NCBI GenBank assembly: GCA_964019335.1
Contig: OZ025655.1
Location: forward strand, 372,001 to 436,000
From: Diplonema japonicum
Taxonomy: Eukaryota; Protista; Euglenozoa: Diplonemea
Reading direction: 5' to 3'
DNA length: 64,000 bases
This document shows, in pieces, positions 43,323 to 52,975 of the stretch. The notes under the pieces are model-generated. The model worked only from the letters and a program-made list of their open reading frames with translations, searched no databases and was not told the DNA's origin. Both the position numbers and the translations under genes were made by a program. Position 1 is the stretch's first letter. The number at the start of each line of letters is the position of its first letter.

Positions 43323-43828
43323 TTTTTTATTTTTTTTCTTTTTTTGCTGCTGTTACGTGTTAAACACCTATCGGCGAACGACACGTTTAGTTCCCCCAAG
43401 GGATCCTTCACTTCTTCCTTAAACAGGTAAACTGGCGTGGATACCGTCTCGGCTGTTACCAAAAAAGTATCCGGAAATGAATCTTCTCTCCCCAAGGGCT
43501 GAAGGTTTGTTACACACAACACGGACGAGGTTGCTAAAAACGGTTCTTGAGGACACCTCGTTACCAGGTGTGCTACTCCCCCGTTATGGCGGTAGACCAC
43601 CAGAGATTTTGGATGGATATCGCCAGTCTCCAGTCCTATTCTCTCCCCATTTTCTTCCAGGGCTTTTCTAACATGCGCCGCCTTGCGGGCGGTCATGATG
43701 TCGTTCACACCCATTACCACTACCTGCCACTCTCCCGTGTTTTGAAGAGTCGGTTCCGGGTCGGTTCTCTTCCTCTTATGCTTTCCGTTTGTGGACTCCA
43801 CCCAAGAGTGAATCTTCTCTGAGAGCAT
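43277..43828 (-). CDS. Hypothetical protein
   Basis: ORF from MLSEKIHSW; its 3' end overlaps the next gene start by 46 nt, so the real end may differ. Confidence 0.5.
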   Translation of the reverse strand: MLSEKIHSWVESTNGKHKRKRTDPEPTLQNTGEWQVVVMGVNDIMTARKAAHVRKALEENGERIGLETGDIHPKSLVVYRHNGGVAHLVTRCPQEPFLATSSVLCVTNLQPLGREDSFPDTFLVTAETVSTPVYLFKEEVKDPLGELNVSFADRCLTRNSSKKRKKIKKCRRKEDKQQGSTRP

Positions 43829-44199
43829 ATTGGATTGCTTTTTAGGGAAATAGGTGCATGGCATGAAGAAAAAAAAAATAAGAACAGGAGAATAATGGGG
43901 GAACAATACATGGAAGAGAAAAATAAAGAGCAAGTTTTAAGATAAGTGAAAGAAGAAGGAAAAAAAAAAAAAAAAAAAACTGTCTCGTTTCTCGAAAAGG
44001 GGGAATCATCAACTGGGTTATGCCTTCCTGCATTCCCTTGCATACTGCAAAGGGCAGAGGGGGGAGGGGGGAAACACACTAGGACGGATATGAATGGGTT
44101 TCTTTTTTCTTTTTTTTTTCCCTGCCAGTATATTTCACCCCCCCCGTCCCCACCCCCTTTTGCGTTTTACTTTTTTTTTTTCTTTTTTCTCCTTCTTTC

Positions 44200-45005
44200 C
44201 TACAGTTCTACATTTTCCAAGTCGTCCATTTTTCTGTTAAATTCTTGCTTCCAGTTTTGGGCCTCGCTGTCCCATTGTTTTTCAGCTTCCTGTTTTTTTT
44301 AAAAATTTCTTTTTTATTTCACAGTTTATTTCCCTCAGCCTAAATTCTCAAAGAGCGGGGAACGTAAAGTAGGGTATTTTTTTTTTTTTTCATCCCAGCA
44401 GCTCTTTTTTTTTTTTTATATATAAGATGCTAAAAAGCAAGAAGGTCATGGAAGAGTTCTACGAGTCACCCGCATATAGAATCCTACCGCGAAAAGCATG
44501 GAATACGATGCTTGAGTCAGAGATCATAGCAGGGAAGCCGCGGGCAAAGATATTGTGAGTCTTTACCCCCAAATTGAACACAATTTTCAAAAATTTCTGT
44601 TTTTTTCTTTTTAAACCATACCGGTGTTTCAAACATCGGCCGTTTCTTTTTAGGAGTGGGCGTCATGAAGTCCGTTTCCACGACGCGTTTCAACGGGGTG
44701 CTCCCTTTGGGAGTCCCTGCCCCTGGGCTCCTTTTTGTTGATCGGGTAGGCGTACCAGGGCTTACTCTTGCGGCCTTGTTGGGCGTTGCTGCCGGGCTTC
44801 TTGGGTTCCTCCGTGGGGTAACGGGTGCTACAGTACTACCCTTCTTGCCGCTCCCTTTAGGAGTCACAGGTGCCTTCCTTGGCTGCCTAACTGGAGGGAT
44901 GCCTGCAGCGGCTGCAATCGCGTCTGCACCATCAAGCTTTCCTTGCTGTTTATTCGTCTTGCTCTTTGGGCCAGGGGAGACGCCAATCACTCTAGAGTGC
45001 AGCAT
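44200..45005 (-). CDS. Basic S/T-P-rich protein with sororin-like C-terminal motif; exons 45005-44622 and 44289-44200
   Basis: GTATGG...CAG intron 44290-44621 (phase 0) adds EAEKQWDSEAQNWKQEFNRKMDDLENVEL*; many TP/SP-x-K/R CDK-type sites. Confidence 0.6.
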
Positions 45006-45191
45006 GCTCACCCTCACCAACCCCCCCGTCTGATATGTTGTTATTTACAGAAGAAACAAAAAAATAGATGCTTAGGAACTTAAACACACACAAAAAAAAA
45101 AAAAAAAGAGCGGTGGTCTTGTAAAAAACCGGAATCTGTTTTTTTTCTTTTTTTTTTTTTTTTTTTTTTTTTTTGTTTCCTCTCTCCATCT

Positions 45192-48100
45192 TTACGAATA
45201 GGAATTGCATTTCAGCAAGCATCTTGCAGTGGTGGTGTGCCACAGCAAGGGAGGGTTAGGGCGGATTGTGTGGTCCACGAACGACGCCTTGAAACTGTAC
45301 ACGACTTCAAGGGTCCGGGTATCCCTGACAAGCTCTTCCCCATCGCCGTCACCAGAGACCCACATGTAGCAAATGTTAGTGAAAAGGTCGGAAAGTTCAG
45401 CAGGTTTGAGCTTTGCCGACTTGGTAAAAGAGAGATGGATACTGGTAGAGCTACCTTCAAGGTTGGCGAGCTTATGTTTCCCAGCATAAACAGCATCGCT
45501 AGTGATTCTGTAGGGGCTGCCTGTGGCGGGGGGCGGGGAGAGCATCTTGATGGTGTCATGAGCAGGGATCAGGGAGGAACCCTCCAACGAGATGTCCACA
45601 ACCATGCTGCACGCCGCTATGCCGGAGTAGTACGTGAAGGTTGGCATCAAACACGCAGACATTCCCTTGTCGTACTCTGTTGCGTCTGTCACCATCGGCT
45701 CACCCTTGTCTAGCTTCTCCCAGTACCCTTGACATGGCTCGAAAACAGGTGGTGTCACTACCACCACGACTTTCACCCGGGTCGGCTGTGATGGTCCCTT
45801 ATCTCCCTTCACAGACACCACTAGATGGTATTTTCCTATCTTTGACCTTTCTTTGTTCACCGACCTCATCTTCACCCTTCCAATGATCCACTCGACAGTG
45901 GCAAGTGGACACTTCGTGAGATCGATGTGGATCGTGTGAAGCGCCTCCTTCACTCTCCCGATCACTTTGCCATTCGCCACCAGATCGTTGTCCTCATTCC
46001 TTATAAGTATTGATTGCTGATCCTCAAGGTTCAACTCTAGCACTTCGTGCACGCTAGGTTTTTCGCTCCCTGTTGTGACAGGTTTGATCTCGAAACTCAT
46101 GAAGGAGTATGGTGCAAAAAAGATAGGGGTGTCAGGGTCTTCTGCCACGCAGCCTTCGTAAGGCCACACCCATTCGTGTGTGTGGGCGATCGTTGTCTGG
46201 TTGGGGATGTTGATGGTTGTCTTGTCGTCGACGGGAGTAATATGCGTGCTGATGGTGAGCCTCGTGGATAGCGACTCTTCCTGCGGCCACAGCATTGCAG
46301 TATTGTTCGGCATTTGTGTTATTACCTCGACTGCCCTTGGCGTTTCGGAAGGGTCCCGCGAGGTGTTTCTGTATGTGATGCACCTGAACAACGCCGTCAA
46401 CACCTTCTCGTTCATATTCTCGTGCAGGTCTATCTTCAGCCACCCTTCACCGCTTATCACAGTCCCTATCACGGATATGGATTTTGTTTTTTGGTTCGGT
46501 CCCAACTTCAGTCTCCCTGTTTTGTCAACTTCGAAGTTGGCACTGTCCCCAACGGCCAGTTCGTCTTGCCCCTTGTGGAACCCCTGGGTGATTTTCACGG
46601 ATATGTGCATCCCACTGACAGTGCTTAGGTGTGCCGTAGAACAGGTGAACTTCGTGCTCAGCGGCACGTGACCAGATGCTTCGATGTACATTAACTTTGC
46701 TACTTGTGGTGTCGTCCACAAAAAAGGCGGTTGTACATCTACTTGCACCCTTGTCCTTGTATCGGCCACACCGTCACCTGCGTTGAAGCGCACGCCAACG
46801 ATGCGTGCCCCTGGGCGGACAGGGTGCGCCACATTAGAGAACCGTACACATTGCAAGATTTGAGAGCACACAGCCAGCGGTATACCAGACATGAATGACA
46901 CGTGCTGGCAAAGCTTGCCGGCGCCCTTTTCCTTCTTCGTCAGCGTTCCTATTTTTTCACCAGTGTGCAAGATTGAACGCTTAGCACCCGTTGTAGCAGG
47001 GCCCTCCTCGATCCTGATGTCCATCTCTGGAGAATCCACGAAATATATCAAGTCCTGTCCGGCATTGCCCGAGATTAGATCGATAGTCAGCACCGCTGTG
47101 TTGCCTGTAACCTGTGTGTCCACATCAGTGAGGATCGCATCGGGGAAGACTTGCAAGCCGTTACCCACGCTCTCCGTCCCCTGCCTGTGACATATATGTG
47201 TTTCGCTTAAATGTATCTCTGTTGGGTCGTTCACCGGGTGGATGTTCAACTCCAGCACAGCGACTGAGTTCGCTCCCAGCCCGTCAGTGATCGACAGCTT
47301 GAGGAACTTTTGTAGTATGGTAGGTGCCCGGGACGCATTCCGGTAAGCAATGGATCCAAGTAAGGCTTTCAACTGTTTCACAAAAAACTTAGGCTTCCCT
47401 TGTTTCATCTCCAGCGCTCCAGTGGCGTTCTGACAGATACCGTACCTCTTGTTCTTCAAGGACAAGAGGTTCACCACCAGGCTTTCTCCAGGTTCTGGTG
47501 GTAGAAAGGTGCCCAACGCAGAGGGTTCATCCTGCATTAAAGGACCTCCCTTCATAATAATGAGCGAAGTGTTAGACGGTGCCGTTGAGTCGGTAGACTT
47601 CTTCAAAGTGACCTGTGACGAGGCTTGGATGCAGAGCTCATCGGTGTCTTCCTTGCACGTGTCGTCCTCGATGCTGAGCGTCAGCCTGCCACCGTCGAGA
47701 AAGGCAAGCTCGTTGAATCTTTCTTGTGCGTACTCCCAACCAACAATGCGCTTCCACTCTGTCCCTTCCGTGTAGCCGAACAAGGCACCGCCTAGCGTGT
47801 GCATCATGGGTGGGATTACTCGCAGTTCTGTTGATGTTCTTATAGGTGTTCTGTCGGCGACCTCTCCATTATCTTTCAAGTCGTCGAGCTTTAGTACTAA
47901 GGTCACCTTCTTTGTGCTTGCTTTCGGTTTTTGAAGACTTTCACTGACATAAGCCACACGCCTGACGAGTTCCTGAACTGTGCTCAGCAGCACGTCATCA
48001 CTAAAATCTATTCTGATGCCCTTGCGGTCCTCCGTGACTGCCATGATGCCGATACCCACGTTATTGTACGACACTGCGTATTTGTCGAAGGACTCTTCCA

Positions 48101-51100
48101 TGTCCCGTAGCTCTAATGAGCCGTCTTGTGACAGAAGCAGCTTGTCGCCATTTATGAAGGCAGTCTCGATGAATGCTTCAAGGTATCCACGCCGAAACGT
48201 TGTAATACCAAACTGGTTTTGAATGACAGCATGCGGACACAGTGCCGTGGGCTCCGGCTCCAATAACATATGCACCGTGTGGGGTGAGTTGTGCTTGTCG
48301 CAACCTCGATAGATCGCAAAAGGTGCTGGGCCCATGTCCTCATTGATATACCAAAAGGTAGGGTCTTCCCCAAATATCACACAAACATCAAGCTGTACCG
48401 TGGTGTGGATTTGCAAGTTGGGGTCGCTGCTCACGGACCACAAGGCCACTTCCAAAACCCTCTTCGGCCTTGCTGGTATAGGCAATGTGTTAGTGAAATG
48501 CAGCTGTTTGAAAATCAGCCGCACGCGATCTTTGTTCCACCCCGAGCCTTCGAATTTTGCACTGAAGATGTTCGGTGCGTTGCTCTGTTCCTCAGTTGTG
48601 ACGTAGGCTTCATTCACTTCTTTGCCTCCTTCCTTCAGCTTGTACACGCCGGGGATGTTCGAGATAAGCGTCTTGTCAGTTTTCAGGAAAACATAATCAC
48701 CTCCGTCCAAGTCCCCGTACAAGTACTTCACAGTGATGCCGCCTTTGCTGAAAGAGCGGTCTGTGATATGGTTGATAACAGGAAAGAGCTGCGCGGAATC
48801 ACGTGTGACAGGGGGTATTGTGTTGACTGTTGCGTGCACCGTGTATTTGACCAAATTGTTGTCCTCGGGTATCGAAAACAGAGGACCAGACACAAAGGTC
48901 GTGACGACACACCCCATGGTGTACGGGATCAGCGCCTGAGTGTCGGACACCAGCTGTGTGACGATTCCTATCTTTGTCTCGACCGTCTCAGGTTGGTAGT
49001 CATGCACGGACCCTGTGACTGCCCTGTAGAAGGTGATAATTTGCACCACCTTCTCAATGTCAGAAATATCCACCTCCATTTTCCCCTTCTCGGGCTTCAT
49101 CGCGATCCTCACGCCATCCTCCCCGCAGCTAAGAACCTTCGCGATGTTCCTGTCCTTGTGGTAGATGGTCACCCCGTTCAGCTTGATGCCGTTCTTCTGG
49201 TCGTCAGACCCGATGGCGTACGTGTCCGAAGGGTGCGGTGCAGACAAACACTGCACAGTAAGCGACACATTGACAAGGGGTGCTTCGCCTAACGCGGCCC
49301 ACCGCTTGGACTGCCTGCGGATGTAAGCTTTTGGGGCAATAAAGGCAGGTTTCATCTTCGTGGGGCCGACAAGCCATTCTGAAAAAACACGTCCCGTGTG
49401 CAGGATAATGGGTCGGTTCGCCAGCTCAATGGACGCCTTCCATGCTTCGCACAGGGTAGGGAGCTCCAACTTGTGTTCTGTGTGTTCGATTTGCCTGCGT
49501 GACTCCTCTTCGCTGTGCTCCATTCTGATCAGCTCTGTGAGATGGATCTCACGTACTGCTTCGTATTCTTGGGCCAGCTTTTTCTGTTGCAACACCGAAA
49601 TCTCTATTTTCATGACCTTGGCGTCCGCCTGCATGTCGGCACGTTCCCTGGCGTTCTCTCTTTCGACCTCCGCCCGAGCGTCTTTCTCCTTACCTGCCAC
49701 TTCGTTCCTTTCTCGCTCGAGCTTTTCCTCCTTCAATAGTCTTTGCAGTTGCAGTTCGTCCGCGATTTTCTTTTCCTTCTCCTTCACAGCTGACACCGTG
49801 CGCATGAAGCACGCTGTGAGGGAACGCCTCATCGTGGACTCATCTGATCGAACGGCTTGTCTTTCTTGGTTCTCGTCATCAACGACGTCCCTGAGTGGCT
49901 GCTGCTGGTCGTGTAACCACCTTTCTTTTACTCTAGCGGAATGTATGTCTTCCGCAAGGCGTATCTTGTGTTGGATGCTTAGCTTCTTGCGTGCAACAGT
50001 TTCCAAGATGGCTGCATTTTCCCGCATTGCTGACTCGCTGATGTGGAACTCATCGATGGCTATCGAAAGCCGCTCTCCTGACTCGAATCTAGACAAGGTC
50101 GTCACTACCTCGATGTACGCCGTTTGCCTAGCTTGCAACACCGCGAGGCGTTTGTTCTCCCGTGCGATCTTTCGGTGTACCTTCTCTTCTCTCCGTTGCT
50201 TTCGCTGCATTCTCACCTCTGCATCGGCTTGATCTTCCTCGCACACCACGGTCAACACTTTTCGCTTCGCCTCTTCGTCGTCCCGCAGCTCCTTCCGCCC
50301 CTTCTTCTCCATCCTTACGAACAGTTTCACGGAATTAAGTTCTGCTTTTTTTCGATCCCATTCCGCTTGTCGAATGCCCTCCACTTCCTTTCGCCGCTTC
50401 ATGGCATCTGTTCGATAGAGATGCGCGGCTTCCTCATAGATGGTCACGCGGGGGAATTTGGAGCGGCCTCCTTTAATCAATGAAGGGGGCCGACGGGAGG
50501 TACGGTGCGCCTTCGTGAGTACCCAGGCTCCGCACTGGGAGAACATGGTGCGAACGCTGACTGCGATGTCGGCAGGGAGCGTCTTGTGCTTTGGGATGGT
50601 GATGTAAGAACTGTCGTCAGCCGCCAAGGCACGGCTGAGAGTACTGGAGACGAGGCTCTGTAAGGCGTACTGATAAAGCGGGTTATCTGTTTTGGATATC
50701 TTCCAGTCGTACAAAGGTACGAGAACACGCTTCAAAGGGAGGACTATCCCGGAAAAGGTGATGAGCTGCTTGGTGGTTAGGTCGGCTGTGCCGGTCTGGA
50801 GTGTGCATTCCCATTTCCTTCCTGAGTTTGCTTTTTCGAGGATTCTCTGATCCTTGTCGTGGAGGGCGGACCACGATCCTTCCTCTTCATACAGCCATAA
50901 GACGTCAGTGATGCTCACACCGTCCTTCTTCGTGACAGAAGAGGAAGTGGACATGCCCCAGCACTTCATCCGTGGCAGTCCTTGTTTCGTGTTCTTGTAC
51001 ATTTCCCATCTCACGCTGCTTAGCTCTGTGGTCATACTAGCCAAGGAGTGCACCCCGCTCACGGGACTGATGGGGTTACCTGCATCCTGTTGGTGTTGAT

Positions 51101-51143
51101 CTCGCTGGCGGTCACATTGGTCTTTGCAAATGACAGGAAGCAT
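45192..51143 (-). CDS. 1983-aa protein: WWE-like N-terminus, coiled coil, about 8 cadherin/Ig-like repeats
   Basis: VLWLYEEEGSWSALHDKDQRILEKA; E/R/K coil; repeats ending in L..I.Y.N.S..P....R.V (e.g. ALFRCITYRNTSRDPSETPRAVEV) with VND/VDD linkers. Confidence 0.8.
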   Translation of the reverse strand: MLPVICKDQCDRQRDQHQQDAGNPISPVSGVHSLASMTTELSSVRWEMYKNTKQGLPRMKCWGMSTSSSVTKKDGVSITDVLWLYEEEGSWSALHDKDQRILEKANSGRKWECTLQTGTADLTTKQLITFSGIVLPLKRVLVPLYDWKISKTDNPLYQYALQSLVSSTLSRALAADDSSYITIPKHKTLPADIAVSVRTMFSQCGAWVLTKAHRTSRRPPSLIKGGRSKFPRVTIYEEAAHLYRTDAMKRRKEVEGIRQAEWDRKKAELNSVKLFVRMEKKGRKELRDDEEAKRKVLTVVCEEDQADAEVRMQRKQRREEKVHRKIARENKRLAVLQARQTAYIEVVTTLSRFESGERLSIAIDEFHISESAMRENAAILETVARKKLSIQHKIRLAEDIHSARVKERWLHDQQQPLRDVVDDENQERQAVRSDESTMRRSLTACFMRTVSAVKEKEKKIADELQLQRLLKEEKLERERNEVAGKEKDARAEVERENARERADMQADAKVMKIEISVLQQKKLAQEYEAVREIHLTELIRMEHSEEESRRQIEHTEHKLELPTLCEAWKASIELANRPIILHTGRVFSEWLVGPTKMKPAFIAPKAYIRRQSKRWAALGEAPLVNVSLTVQCLSAPHPSDTYAIGSDDQKNGIKLNGVTIYHKDRNIAKVLSCGEDGVRIAMKPEKGKMEVDISDIEKVVQIITFYRAVTGSVHDYQPETVETKIGIVTQLVSDTQALIPYTMGCVVTTFVSGPLFSIPEDNNLVKYTVHATVNTIPPVTRDSAQLFPVINHITDRSFSKGGITVKYLYGDLDGGDYVFLKTDKTLISNIPGVYKLKEGGKEVNEAYVTTEEQSNAPNIFSAKFEGSGWNKDRVRLIFKQLHFTNTLPIPARPKRVLEVALWSVSSDPNLQIHTTVQLDVCVIFGEDPTFWYINEDMGPAPFAIYRGCDKHNSPHTVHMLLEPEPTALCPHAVIQNQFGITTFRRGYLEAFIETAFINGDKLLLSQDGSLELRDMEESFDKYAVSYNNVGIGIMAVTEDRKGIRIDFSDDVLLSTVQELVRRVAYVSESLQKPKASTKKVTLVLKLDDLKDNGEVADRTPIRTSTELRVIPPMMHTLGGALFGYTEGTEWKRIVGWEYAQERFNELAFLDGGRLTLSIEDDTCKEDTDELCIQASSQVTLKKSTDSTAPSNTSLIIMKGGPLMQDEPSALGTFLPPEPGESLVVNLLSLKNKRYGICQNATGALEMKQGKPKFFVKQLKALLGSIAYRNASRAPTILQKFLKLSITDGLGANSVAVLELNIHPVNDPTEIHLSETHICHRQGTESVGNGLQVFPDAILTDVDTQVTGNTAVLTIDLISGNAGQDLIYFVDSPEMDIRIEEGPATTGAKRSILHTGEKIGTLTKKEKGAGKLCQHVSFMSGIPLAVCSQILQCVRFSNVAHPVRPGARIVGVRFNAGDGVADTRTRVQVDVQPPFLWTTPQVAKLMYIEASGHVPLSTKFTCSTAHLSTVSGMHISVKITQGFHKGQDELAVGDSANFEVDKTGRLKLGPNQKTKSISVIGTVISGEGWLKIDLHENMNEKVLTALFRCITYRNTSRDPSETPRAVEVITQMPNNTAMLWPQEESLSTRLTISTHITPVDDKTTINIPNQTTIAHTHEWVWPYEGCVAEDPDTPIFFAPYSFMSFEIKPVTTGSEKPSVHEVLELNLEDQQSILIRNEDNDLVANGKVIGRVKEALHTIHIDLTKCPLATVEWIIGRVKMRSVNKERSKIGKYHLVVSVKGDKGPSQPTRVKVVVVVTPPVFEPCQGYWEKLDKGEPMVTDATEYDKGMSACLMPTFTYYSGIAACSMVVDISLEGSSLIPAHDTIKMLSPPPATGSPYRITSDAVYAGKHKLANLEGSSTSIHLSFTKSAKLKPAELSDLFTNICYMWVSGDGDGEELVRDTRTLEVVYSFKASFVDHTIRPNPPLLWHTTTARCLLKCNSYS

Positions 51144-52634
51144 TGCCCTTTTTTTTTCTTGTTGGAATTGGTTGGTTGGTGTTCTTTAAAAGCCAAGAAA
51201 GAGAAAAAAAAAAGTGAAAGAGAATGAAAAAGGGAGTGGAGGGAGGGAGGGGAGGGGAGGAGGGTATAATAGAATAAAGAAGAAGAAAAAAAAAGAATCT
51301 CTTTTTTTTTTTTTTTTAACCATCAGCTAACGAGCTTAAAAATAAGATTCACAGTTCTTTTTCAAAAGCATAAAAAAAAAAAAAAAAAAAAAGGAGAGCT
51401 CCCGAGAAAGAGTTCCAAAAAATAAAAAAAAAAGAAAAACATCAAAAAATATTAGTTGTGTAGGTCATTTTGTGGATGGTTCAAAAAAATATAGAATATG
51501 ATGGGGGGGTTTTTTTTGTTATATCTCCCTTCTAATGCCCCCCACCCATCTAAAGTTTTATGACATCGCCATGTTTACGTTGGTCGGTGGCTGCCTATTC
51601 ACATGACACTCGCACTGAGAAGAAGCCTTCGCCGCCCCCGTTCTTTTCGCGTCTTATTTATCCGTTTCCTCCTTTAGGTACTGGGGGGGGGGGGGGGGGG
51701 GGGAACCTAATGGGTGATTGGAACCACCGACACCCCCCCCCCCCCCTTTTTTCTTTTCCTTTGTAAGAAAGCATTTCCACGGATTTCATGTGGTCAAAAA
51801 ACAAACAATAAGAATAGAAAAAAAAAAAAGAAAAAAAAAAAAAAAACTCAGTCTTTTAACGTCAAGGTGACACAAGTCTTACGGCGATCAATACGACTTC
51901 TTGTCTCCCTGCCGAGCACCGGTCACCCTGGCACAGACTTTCCTGAAGTGACTTGCTTAAGGGCGTCTTTCTGCCCCTTTAAGAAAAAAGGAAAAGGAAA
52001 AAAAAAAAAAAAAAAGCCATTTAATCGATTGCTGTAAAACAAAACAAAAAAAAAAGATGCCCTTCTGGAAGTGTTTTCTGCAGGCGACCACTCGGGGCAG
52101 AAGCTGGTGAATATGAGTTAAAGGAGGCCGGTGTTGGCGGCGCCCTGCACAAAAGAACTGTCTACTTGAATACAGAGGGCACCGCGGCCAAGAACAAAAT
52201 GTCCAGATGGCATATTCCCCGGTAGAGCGAAACCTTTCCTTTGCGGGTATTCTTTGTTTTACAGTATATTAAAAAGCCCCCCCCAGATCATCATGCCTAA
52301 CATTTGGACTTAGACAGATTGGGGGGGGGGGGGGTCGGGAAATATTTAAATTGAAGGGATGAGAATGAGGGAAGGAGGGGGGGAGGAAAACTTAGCAAAT
52401 ATAAACAAAAAATTGCATGGGAAAAAAAAAGGAAGGGGGAGAAAATAAAAAAAGGGGAGGGGGGGGAAAATATGTGAGGTAAAGGAAGCCTTTGTGAGAC
52501 CTCCCTTGTTCTCATCCACTACCCCTTCAACAAGAGGTTCTCCAAAAAATAAAAATAAGAAAGCCTTGGAAAAGGTCTTCGCATCGTCCTCTTTTTTTTT
52601 TTTTTTTTTTATATTATTAAAGTTTTACTAAGTA

Positions 52635-52826
52635 CTACGATACCACGCAACACCCGCTTTGTGATTGTTTGTTTTCTTCAGGTTCAGGAGTTTTGCCTCC
52701 TGCATTGTCATTTTCGCTGGTTTCCTGGATATCAGTTTTCGACGTTGCCTCCTTTTTTGCTTCATCATTTGCAAAGCTCGACCGTAGAAATCTTGGATTA
52801 ACACTGAGCTTAGACTGTGCTGGCAT
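52635..52826 (-). CDS. 63-aa prenylated (CaaX) microprotein
   Basis: Ends SGCCVVS*; hydrophilic; co-oriented and isolated between homopolymer spacers. Confidence 0.6.
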   Translation of the reverse strand: MPAQSKLSVNPRFLRSSFANDEAKKEATSKTDIQETSENDNAGGKTPEPEENKQSQSGCCVVS

Positions 52827-52854
52827 CTTTTTATTACTTTATTTTTTCTTTTTC

Positions 52855-52890
<36 letters not shown>

Positions 52891-52975
52891 TCTGCCCTCA
52901 CCCCTCACCCCCAACCTGCAAAACATACATTATTTTTTTTTTTTTTTTCATTTCTTCTAAAAAAAAAAAAAAAAT

